64,000 bases of DNA from NCBI GenBank assembly GCA_050297015.1, contig JBNKRZ010000013.1, positions 3,676-67,675 on the forward strand, written 5' to 3'. Under the pieces are notes generated by a model. That model was not told where the DNA came from. It worked only from the letters and a program-made list of their open reading frames with translations, and ran no database searches. Every line of letters begins with the position of its first letter. The first letter of the stretch is position 1. Position numbers and translations under genes: made by a program. Of the stretch, positions 28,152 to 35,949 are shown one piece after another. Source of the DNA: Alphaproteobacteria bacterium. GTDB taxonomy: Bacteria; Pseudomonadota; Alphaproteobacteria; Micavibrionales; Micavibrionaceae.

Positions 28152-30169
28152 TAATAAAGGGGATTAGTAAATATTTAGAAGAGGCCAGAGCTATTCAAAG
28201 GCTTGTGCTTTTTTGTGTGGGCTTTTTCTTTCTCTCATTAATTACTCGTCCGGCCGAGGCGCAACTGTTTCAGGCAAGTATTGATGGGATGGATCAGAAA
28301 CAGGCTGCGATGTTGGCGGCGGCTAACGATATGCAAGCCGCACTTGCCGCCATGGGAACCAGTTTTATTGCGTGGCCTGACCCGTCGGATCCTACTCATA
28401 ACCCTCCGATTGTTTCAGAGTTTTCTGGGGCTTTGTTGTCTCAATTGTTAACGGCCCTTGGTACGGCAGCTGATTATGATGCGCGTTTGCAAGCGATAGA
28501 GGATCGTCTGGTTAATATTTGCAGCGCTACGAATGTTGGATCCGCATCTATGGCTTTAGGCGAAGATTTTTCTGAGATTCTTGCTGATTATAATGAGTTT
28601 GCTGAAAACATGGCGCCGAATATATCTCACGGTAGTAGCGGACCGGCAACAAGAACAAGCTATTCTCTTGCGTACTTGATAACGGAGATTTATGCGGATG
28701 CTAATGGGTTTATTGCTGATATTCACTCTCACCACATATCGGAAGATGCGAGCTATTATAGAGTGTATGTCAGTGCCTTTTCACTCTCACCTTCTTTCAC
28801 CCATAACATTCCAAAGACCGCGATGAACGATTTTTCTGTGGCGGTGGAGGCGCTAATGACGGCGAAGAATTCATTTTCGACTATTCTGGCGGATTTGGAC
28901 ACGGCATTTCATGATGAATTATCAGCTCAATATGCGGCTTGTTTGACCCCCGGCATTATTGATGATTCTGGGGTTGCAGATACGCCGGGCGGCGATGGTT
29001 TTGGTGGGGGGGCGGCGGATGCTGACGGCGATGGCGTTCCGGATTGGGAAAGCGATCATTTGGGCGGTGATGGGGGCGAAGATCATTATAATGCGATGAT
29101 TGCGTATCTTGATGCGAATTGGCTGCCAGTTATTCCCCTTATGATTCATGATTTTGCTGTCTCCGTCATGACTCAGATGGGGGCGATCGGGATGCTTTTC
29201 GATGCCAAGCATCAATTGGAAACGCAACGGTTGTTTAATATAAAAACGCTAGAGGCTCATCATGATTACCAGCCGGATCTACAAATGTGCCGGATGGGAA
29301 CGAATATTCGCTCTTTGGCTGCTTCCGAGGAAATTGCCGATCATCATGTGCGTTTGATTGACCGTGTGCTGACGGTTCGGGAACATGGAGAGAAAAATTC
29401 TGTTGCGGGCGGTGGAACGGCTGATGATATAGCCGACCGTTTAGAGCGCTTTAAAACGACCTATTGCGATGTTGATGATAATAATGGTGAGTTGGTTGAT
29501 ATGTGCACCGGAAGCGCACCGGCGGATCGTATCAATAAGGATATAGATTATGCCCGCACTTTGGGGGATGCTTATACGCTGGATTTGGATCTCCTTGAAA
29601 CAAGCGCTACGATGTCGGCTGATGAACAGGATATGGTGGCCTTGGCGCGGAATCTTTTTGCGCATCAATTACCGGAACGTTTTCTTGAAACTTTTATAAC
29701 AAAGGCCGAAGCAAAAGACGATATTATGGATGTTCGCTCGTTGCAGGCCGTGCGCAGTGTTGCCCGTAATAGCTATGCTCATTTGGCGGCGATGAAAGCG
29801 GAAGGAAGCGGTGACGTTGATGACTTTATGGAGCATCTAATTCGTAATTTGGGCGTTTCTTCAACAGATGAAATTGAAACATTGGTCGGTGAGAACCCGA
29901 GTTATTATGCGCAGATGGAAGTTTTGACCAAGAAGATATATCAAGACCCTGCTTTTTATACGAATTTGTACACTTCGACAGAGAACGTGAAACGGATCGG
30001 CGCGGCTTTGAATGCGATTCAATTGATGCAAGATCGCGATCGTTTTGAAGCGTCTTTGCGCCGAGAGGTTCTGATTTCTTTGATTTTAGAAATGAACTTG
30101 CGCGATGAACAGGACTATGTCGATGGTGAAATTTTCCGTGACTTGGCACGTGACATAGGCAGCCAATAA
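28148..30169 (+). CDS. Paralog 5 of 5, with a roughly 235-aa extra N-terminal region including an Asp/Gly-rich motif
   Basis: 673 aa with an ATGA start/stop overlap with paralog 4. Blocks LFDAKHQLETQRLF, AHHDYQPDLQMCRMGT, VRSVARNSYAH and GENPSYYAQMEVLTKKIYQDPAFYTNLY. Extra segment contains GGDGFGGGAADADGDGVPDWESDHLGGDGGED. Confidence 0.85.
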   Translation: MIIKGISKYLEEARAIQRLVLFCVGFFFLSLITRPAEAQLFQASIDGMDQKQAAMLAAANDMQAALAAMGTSFIAWPDPSDPTHNPPIVSEFSGALLSQLLTALGTAADYDARLQAIEDRLVNICSATNVGSASMALGEDFSEILADYNEFAENMAPNISHGSSGPATRTSYSLAYLITEIYADANGFIADIHSHHISEDASYYRVYVSAFSLSPSFTHNIPKTAMNDFSVAVEALMTAKNSFSTILADLDTAFHDELSAQYAACLTPGIIDDSGVADTPGGDGFGGGAADADGDGVPDWESDHLGGDGGEDHYNAMIAYLDANWLPVIPLMIHDFAVSVMTQMGAIGMLFDAKHQLETQRLFNIKTLEAHHDYQPDLQMCRMGTNIRSLAASEEIADHHVRLIDRVLTVREHGEKNSVAGGGTADDIADRLERFKTTYCDVDDNNGELVDMCTGSAPADRINKDIDYARTLGDAYTLDLDLLETSATMSADEQDMVALARNLFAHQLPERFLETFITKAEAKDDIMDVRSLQAVRSVARNSYAHLAAMKAEGSGDVDDFMEHLIRNLGVSSTDEIETLVGENPSYYAQMEVLTKKIYQDPAFYTNLYTSTENVKRIGAALNAIQLMQDRDRFEASLRREVLISLILEMNLRDEQDYVDGEIFRDLARDIGSQ

Positions 30170-30196
30170 TCTTTCCTTAGATACCGTATTCTGATC

Positions 30197-30212
30197 TGGC
30201 ATTTCTCTTGCA
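30197..30212 (+). promoter_or_regulatory. Sigma-54 (-24/-12) promoter upstream of flgK
   Basis: TGGCAT-TTCTC-TTGCA matches TGGCAC-N5-TTGCW. It lies about 55 nt upstream of the flgK ATG. Confidence 0.6.
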
Positions 30213-30266
30213 TGGAAGAAAGAGAGAAAATGAATTTGTGATGATTGTCATGTAAGGAATGAAGGT

Positions 30267-32624
30267 ATGTCGTTAAGCGGTCTGGAAACAGCTTTGTCAG
30301 GATTACGCGTTTCGCAACAACAGCTTAACGTGATTTCCAGCAATATATCGAATGTAAGTACAGAAGGGTATAGCCGGAAAATTTTGCCGCAATCAACGGT
30401 CGTTGTTGAGGGCGCTTCCGTTGGGGTGCGCGGCGATGCCATCATTCGTAAAGTTGATATGAACCTGGAGCGGGATCTATGGACGCAAGTCAGTAGTGTA
30501 GCCAGTCTTGATACAACAGCCGCTTATTTGAACCGTATTCAGGAATTTCACGGATCACCTGAATTGGAGATTTCAATCGCTGCAGAAATTGCCGATTTGC
30601 GGGATACTTTTTCCGCCCTGTCTGATAGCCCGGAAGATACATTTTTACAGCGCAGTGTTGTCGATCAGGCTGATCTTGTTGCGAACAAGATTAATGATTT
30701 TTCATCACTCATTACCGAGATGCGTAATGATGCTCAAGATGAAATGGACGTATCTGTTAACAGAATTAATGATTTGTTGGGGCAAATTGCAGAATATAAT
30801 CAGGAAATAAAATTTAACCAAGCGGTTAACAAAACAACGGCGGCGCTTGAAGATAAGCGTGATGAGCTGGTCAAGTCTTTGTCTTCCGAAATAGAGGTTA
30901 GTTCTTTTATTCGCGGGGATGGTGTTTTGGTTGTACAAACGGCGCGTGGCGTCCAGTTGGCGGATGAAAATGCTGAGATTGTTCACTTTGATTATTCTGT
31001 TTTGGGATCCTTAAGTGCTTATCCGTCTTCTGCCAGCGGCGTGTATGTTGGCGGTGATCCGGCTACGAATCCAAGTGCCATTGAAATAACACAAACGGGT
31101 GTAAGTGGTCGTTTGGGGGCTTTGATAGATTTGCGTGACAGTACGTTACCGCGCCAAATGGCCGAGCTTGATGAACTGGCTCATAAAATGGCACTACGTT
31201 TTGAGGCGCAAGGATTACGTTTGTTTACAGATTCTTCCGGGCAGATTCCTGCGGACACAGCCCCGATTCCCGATCCGCCGGGGCCGTTGACGCCTGTGCC
31301 TTACATAGGATTTTCAACGGAAATACAGGTGAATAGTCTGGTTGTGGCTGATAATACGTTGGTTCAGACAGGGACGGTGAACACGGATTTGACGGTGCAG
31401 AGTGGTTCAAATGAAGTTATTCGCCGAATTCTTGAGTATAGCTTCGGCGATGTCGAGTATCAGGAAGCCGTCGGCGATGTTGATGTGCGCGCTAATGCGA
31501 CGGGCGCCGTCACGCTACAGGAATGGTTGGGGCTGTATTCAGAAAATGCCGTTTCGGGAACGACGGATCTGAGTGCCTATACGGATGTTAATGCTTTAAT
31601 TGCGGCGGCAGGTGATGTTTTCTCGCCTCCTTCTGCGCCGCCCCTTCTTGATGAATTTCAAATTACGTTTGAGGAGCCGCGTCTAGGGTTAGGGCCGGAG
31701 ACAATTACTGTTAATTTAACTGATGCTGCGGCTTTGGCCGGTACCGATGCGCTTGACCAGATTATTTCTGAAATTAATAACGAGATTGCGGGGCTGCCTG
31801 TTGATCCGGCATTTAGTGCCGTTGCCAGCCGTAGTCCTTATGGTCAGCTCATAATTACGACAACAGGGAATGTAACGATTGATGCCACTTCCTTTGGTGC
31901 GACAGCGATGGGTACGGACGGCCTTGAGTATCTTGGACTTAGTGAAGATACGTTTGTGACAACCGATCCTTATTTTGATGTGCAGGTTGGGAACGATCTT
32001 TCCGTTCGAGTGACGATAGAACCCGGCGACATGGAGACGGAACTTCTCGACAAACTGGAATATGATAGCGCTACGCAGGTCGGCGTGCCGGGGCTGTATG
32101 CTGATATTGATGCCGCCACGGGCTTTTTGACAATACGGCCGGGGAATGATGATAGTAATGGCGGGCCGGTATTTGGCGGTGATATTTCCTTGCTGGGTGG
32201 TGCTTTTGAATCGGATGGTACGGGAGGAAGCGGCGTGGCTTTAGGGGCCACGATTTTGGAATCCCTATTTGGCGCGAATGATCCGGTGAGTGATGTTTTG
32301 TATAGCGCGAATAATCCCTTTCGCACGAGCAATCTGGGGCCGGGTGCAGATATCGAAACGGGCAGCATAAGTACAACGAACCTGATTGATTATGCGCAAA
32401 AAATGGTCAATCGGCAAACCGAGGAAATTAACCTGACCGAGGCCAAACGTGAGGATGAAGAAACGTTCCGTCAGTTGTTGCAAACGCGTCTGACGGATGA
32501 ATCCGGCGTGAATATCGATGAAGAGCTTTCCAACATGATTGTTGTTCAGACGGCTTATGCTGCGGCGGCGCGGACGGTTACGGCCATTGATGAAATGTTC
32601 CAAACACTCATAAGCATGATTTAA
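30267..32624 (+). CDS. flgK: Flagellar hook-associated protein 1 (FlgK)
   Basis: 785 aa. N-terminus MSLSGLETALSGLRVSQQQLNVISSNISNVSTEGYSRK and C-terminus ...MIVVQTAYAAAARTVTAIDEMFQTL are typical of FlgK. Confidence 0.9.
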   Translation: MSLSGLETALSGLRVSQQQLNVISSNISNVSTEGYSRKILPQSTVVVEGASVGVRGDAIIRKVDMNLERDLWTQVSSVASLDTTAAYLNRIQEFHGSPELEISIAAEIADLRDTFSALSDSPEDTFLQRSVVDQADLVANKINDFSSLITEMRNDAQDEMDVSVNRINDLLGQIAEYNQEIKFNQAVNKTTAALEDKRDELVKSLSSEIEVSSFIRGDGVLVVQTARGVQLADENAEIVHFDYSVLGSLSAYPSSASGVYVGGDPATNPSAIEITQTGVSGRLGALIDLRDSTLPRQMAELDELAHKMALRFEAQGLRLFTDSSGQIPADTAPIPDPPGPLTPVPYIGFSTEIQVNSLVVADNTLVQTGTVNTDLTVQSGSNEVIRRILEYSFGDVEYQEAVGDVDVRANATGAVTLQEWLGLYSENAVSGTTDLSAYTDVNALIAAAGDVFSPPSAPPLLDEFQITFEEPRLGLGPETITVNLTDAAALAGTDALDQIISEINNEIAGLPVDPAFSAVASRSPYGQLIITTTGNVTIDATSFGATAMGTDGLEYLGLSEDTFVTTDPYFDVQVGNDLSVRVTIEPGDMETELLDKLEYDSATQVGVPGLYADIDAATGFLTIRPGNDDSNGGPVFGGDISLLGGAFESDGTGGSGVALGATILESLFGANDPVSDVLYSANNPFRTSNLGPGADIETGSISTTNLIDYAQKMVNRQTEEINLTEAKREDEETFRQLLQTRLTDESGVNIDEELSNMIVVQTAYAAAARTVTAIDEMFQTLISMI

Positions 32625-32658
32625 CGTGAAAACATAGGATAAACAAAGAGATAAGAAA

Positions 32659-33741
32659 ATGACCAATATATCAACAATAGCCCAGTCTCTTAATCAGATT
32701 GAACGTTTCAAAACGATGCAAGCGGATTTAGCAACATTACAATATCAATTGAGCTCCGGCAAAAAAGCGCGCTTATTTAGTGAGTTAGGAGGTGACGTTA
32801 CAAAGTCGGAAAGGGCGCGGGCGAATTTTCAGTCGCTCGAAACATATATCAATAATATTGATGTTGCGGCGCGCCGTAGCAAAATGATGACTAATGCTAT
32901 TCAGGAAACGCAAGCGCAAGCTGAAAACATTCTTAATGCCTTGGTTGTTCAAACTCAGGAGGGGGAAATTGAGCTGGCTTCAATTAATAAGCTGGCGGGG
33001 GATATACAGAATTATTTGATTACGCTTTATAATCAGAATGATGGGGATCGTTATTTGTTCGGCGGTGCGGAAACGCAAGATCTCCCTTTGAATGATACAG
33101 GCGCGTTGGATACCTATCTCCAGACGAACATCAGTAATTGGGTGAATACCGGCCCGATGACAGTGACAAGCGATCAACTCATCAGCAGTTATCGCGACAC
33201 AACGCAGCTGAACGATACCATTGTGGGCTATTCGGCAAAATTAAGTAGCGGTTCAACGCGCGGTGTTTATGTTCGGGTCGATGAAAGGGCCGAAATGGAA
33301 TACACCGTCCGGGCCAATGAAGCGAATTTCCGTGACGTTCTTGTGTCCGTCTCCATGATTAAAAATCTGACGGGGGGGATTGATGAGGTGACGCTCGAAA
33401 GCACCGATGCTACGGGCACGGTTACAGCACCGGGGGCCGATAGAAGCGAGCAGAGTGACAATTTTTACGCCGTTTTTAATGATTTGGCCGAGATGCTGAC
33501 AACGGCGATTGATGGGCTCGATCAGTCGCATTATGATCTTAGTCAGATGCAGGCGCGTATGTCTCAGATCCGTGACAACCATGAGCAGGATAAAAACGTT
33601 CAGGCCAGCATTATCAGTGACGTAGAAGATGCTGATATGAACGATACAGCTGTAAAGCTTAATTTGCTTCAAGTGCAAATGGAGGCGGCGTACCGCGTTA
33701 CCGCCAGCATTAGCGATCTGACATTGGTGAATTTTATATAG
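32659..33741 (+). CDS. flgL: Flagellar hook-associated protein 3 (FlgL)
   Basis: 360 aa with flagellin-like N- and C-terminal helices (…LATLQYQLSSGKK…; …LNLLQVQMEAAYRVTASISDLTLVNF). Located directly downstream of flgK. Confidence 0.75.
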   Translation: MTNISTIAQSLNQIERFKTMQADLATLQYQLSSGKKARLFSELGGDVTKSERARANFQSLETYINNIDVAARRSKMMTNAIQETQAQAENILNALVVQTQEGEIELASINKLAGDIQNYLITLYNQNDGDRYLFGGAETQDLPLNDTGALDTYLQTNISNWVNTGPMTVTSDQLISSYRDTTQLNDTIVGYSAKLSSGSTRGVYVRVDERAEMEYTVRANEANFRDVLVSVSMIKNLTGGIDEVTLESTDATGTVTAPGADRSEQSDNFYAVFNDLAEMLTTAIDGLDQSHYDLSQMQARMSQIRDNHEQDKNVQASIISDVEDADMNDTAVKLNLLQVQMEAAYRVTASISDLTLVNFI

Positions 33742-33749
33742 TGATTTAA

Positions 33750-35162
33750 TTAATGTCCGGCTTGTTCGATAACCAGAACAGCAGGTTGTTTTCGTGTGTT
33801 CGGGTACAGACGGCCTACGGGGCGGTTATCACTATCGTCAAAGGAGTTAAGAATTTCCTGAAGAGCGTTGGAATAAGAGCCCTGTACTTGAATATCTTCA
33901 AGCAAAAGATAGTCTTGAGGCGCATACCATAGAACTTGCGCACCGATAATGTTGGACCAGTTGGTTAGGACTTGGCGTAGGCTGGCACCTTTTTCTGCCT
34001 TCCAAGGGTATTTTTCTTCTTGCGTCGTCCCTGTTATCTCTTTTGTGGAAATAAGCGTTTTGGGTTGACGTGTTGCTGCCGTTTCTGTCGGAAGGGCCGG
34101 TGGTATTATATGGCTTTCTTTCTCTGCGCTCTCGGGCTTAGCCGGAGCAGCTTTCATTGCCAGAGCCATTTTGTTTTGCCGGTGCGGCTGCGTAGGGGGC
34201 AGACCATCATTTTGTACATGCCTTATATAATCTGTCTCGTTTTGCTCCAGATCGGCGGCGTTCTCATATTTTTCTAAATTGAGGGTCTGATCGGAAACAG
34301 GCGCGATTTTTTCTTCCGGCGTTACGGATAGAGGCTCAGATTTTTTTTTTGAAATATGTACGATGTTGTTATGAATTTTTATTTGTAAATCATAAGCAGC
34401 CAAGGCATCCGAAAGAACGTATTGCCAGCTTTGTCCGCCGTTCCAGTCAACGCGTTGTCCTTGATTAATGCCGGGCGCGAAAGCGAAGGCATAGCTGGGG
34501 GGCACGATTTGACGCAGAGCCAGAACAAGGGGAATGTCACGGCCAAATCCCGCAATCATATCGGAGGGCAAAGCCTCAGTTTTTGCCTCTGCGGTTTTAG
34601 ACGGAGAGGTTTCAACGGTCGTCACAGGCGCCATAGGTGCGGGAGATTCTATTTCAGGTGTGGCAACAATTTCCGTTTTATTCTCATGAGAGATGGGAGC
34701 TGTTGAAGCGCTTTGTTTATGAACGGTGCGTGGCGGGATTGTTTCCAAAGAGGCCGGTGTTTCTTCCGGCGCAGAAATAATCCGGCGCGCCGGCGCTTGT
34801 TCTTCCAGCGGCATAGGCTGTATTTCCTGTGAAAGAACCGGTGCGCTTTGTTCTACAGATTCGCCTTGCAATGCTGTCGGGGCGATCGGCGGGGGCATTT
34901 GAGCCGCAGGCGTGGAGGCTGTGTTTTCATCAAGATCGGCGACAGCCGGAACATCCGGTGTGAGAGGCGGCATAAATATCTGTTGCTGGGGGGCCGGTTG
35001 CGGCGGCGGTGTCCAGTCAAATCCCGCTTGCGCCGGCGCGGTCGCCAGAAAAAATGTGCCGACCGACAATGTCAAAAGACAGGCCGAAGCAGAAGAACGG
35101 GGAGCCAAAAGAGAAACAGGGTGATTTTTTTTCATTGCATGCATCTTCTTAAATTTATTCAC
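33750..35162 (-). CDS. Secreted Pro-rich protein with two TcpQ/PilL-like domains
   Basis: 470 aa with signal peptide ...APAQA. Middle domain GRDIPLVLALRQIVPPSYAF...VDWNGGQSWQYVL. C-terminal domain WKAEKGASLRQVLTNWSNIIGAQVLWYAPQDYLL...GSYSNALQEILNSF resembles the TcpQ/PilL family as remembered. Confidence 0.5.
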   Translation of the reverse strand: MNKFKKMHAMKKNHPVSLLAPRSSASACLLTLSVGTFFLATAPAQAGFDWTPPPQPAPQQQIFMPPLTPDVPAVADLDENTASTPAAQMPPPIAPTALQGESVEQSAPVLSQEIQPMPLEEQAPARRIISAPEETPASLETIPPRTVHKQSASTAPISHENKTEIVATPEIESPAPMAPVTTVETSPSKTAEAKTEALPSDMIAGFGRDIPLVLALRQIVPPSYAFAFAPGINQGQRVDWNGGQSWQYVLSDALAAYDLQIKIHNNIVHISKKKSEPLSVTPEEKIAPVSDQTLNLEKYENAADLEQNETDYIRHVQNDGLPPTQPHRQNKMALAMKAAPAKPESAEKESHIIPPALPTETAATRQPKTLISTKEITGTTQEEKYPWKAEKGASLRQVLTNWSNIIGAQVLWYAPQDYLLLEDIQVQGSYSNALQEILNSFDDSDNRPVGRLYPNTRKQPAVLVIEQAGH

Positions 35163-35286
35163 AATAGCAAAGTGCTACGCCTCCCCACCTTTGTGACGTG
35201 ATTTGAGAGGAAATTCAAGAGGGTGTGATTAAAATAAAGGGCTTATCCGCAGATGCAAAGCATGATGCCTTGCTTTTGGAGGGGGG

Positions 35287-35577
35287 CTAGCCATAATCAT
35301 CTAGTTTTCTGCGGTGAAGCGAAACATAACCTGGGCGGTTTACACCAATAATCCAAACGCGTAAGGCGCGCATTGCGGCCGAAAAAGTAAGGCCTCTTTT
35401 TTCTAGAAAACGAAAAATCAACACTGTGATAATGGCAAAGGCAATGGTGATCGGGCGAAAGTAAACCAAAAGGATGCAAAAGGGCAAGGCCGCCCGCGCA
35501 TCCATGTTGAAAAAACGCGCTGGCCGCATGGTGTCACGCCAATGCCATACGAGACCTTCTTCTTCTTCTTCGCTCAT
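35287..35577 (-). CDS. icmT: IcmT/TraK-like T4BSS inner-membrane protein
   Basis: 96 aa. HWRDTMRPARFFNMDARAALPFCILLVYF...LTFSAAMRALRVWIIG matches the IcmT family pattern. Confidence 0.8.
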   Translation of the reverse strand: MSEEEEEGLVWHWRDTMRPARFFNMDARAALPFCILLVYFRPITIAFAIITVLIFRFLEKRGLTFSAAMRALRVWIIGVNRPGYVSLHRRKLDDYG

Positions 35578-35654
35578 GAAAAATATAACCTCTTAAAGTG
35601 TTTCTTCGCGAGTTCCCTAATATACAACTGTTACGCAAAAAGGTGAATAAAGTC

Positions 35655-35932
35655 TTTAGATACTGTAGTCACATGTTATGTACATTTCTGCGCAAGCAGG
35701 TTTTTGATGAATGTGCGCGAAAAATGCGCAGAGCATAGCCATAGCTACGGTTAAGCATTTTGAGCGAACAGACGCAAAAAGATACCGCGCCCTTCGGGTT
35801 CATTTTTCAGATAAAGTTATCATCGTTTTTGCTCCTTGAATATGCTTTGGCATGTCCTGCGGACCAAAAACTTGATCCTTTTATCTGAAAAACGAACAGA
35901 AATAGGCATAACATGTGACTACAGTATCTAAA
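35655..35932. repeat. 278-bp element bounded by perfect 26-bp inverted repeats, with nested internal hairpins
   Basis: TTTAGATACTGTAGTCACATGTTATG (35655-35680) is the exact reverse complement of 35907-35932. There is an inner 13-bp IR TTTTTCAGATAAA (35803-35815) / TTTATCTGAAAAA (35880-35892), plus CTGCGCA/TGCGCAG near 35688-35730. Confidence 0.85.
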
Positions 35933-35949
35933 TAGAGAGCAGATAAGAA

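Noticed and set aside
22664-30169. The five paralogs as flagellar components or flagellin-like proteins because they precede flgK
   Set aside because: They have no flagellar axial-protein N/C heptad signatures and carry Sec-type hydrophobic N-termini. flgK has its own sigma-54 promoter in the intervening gap.
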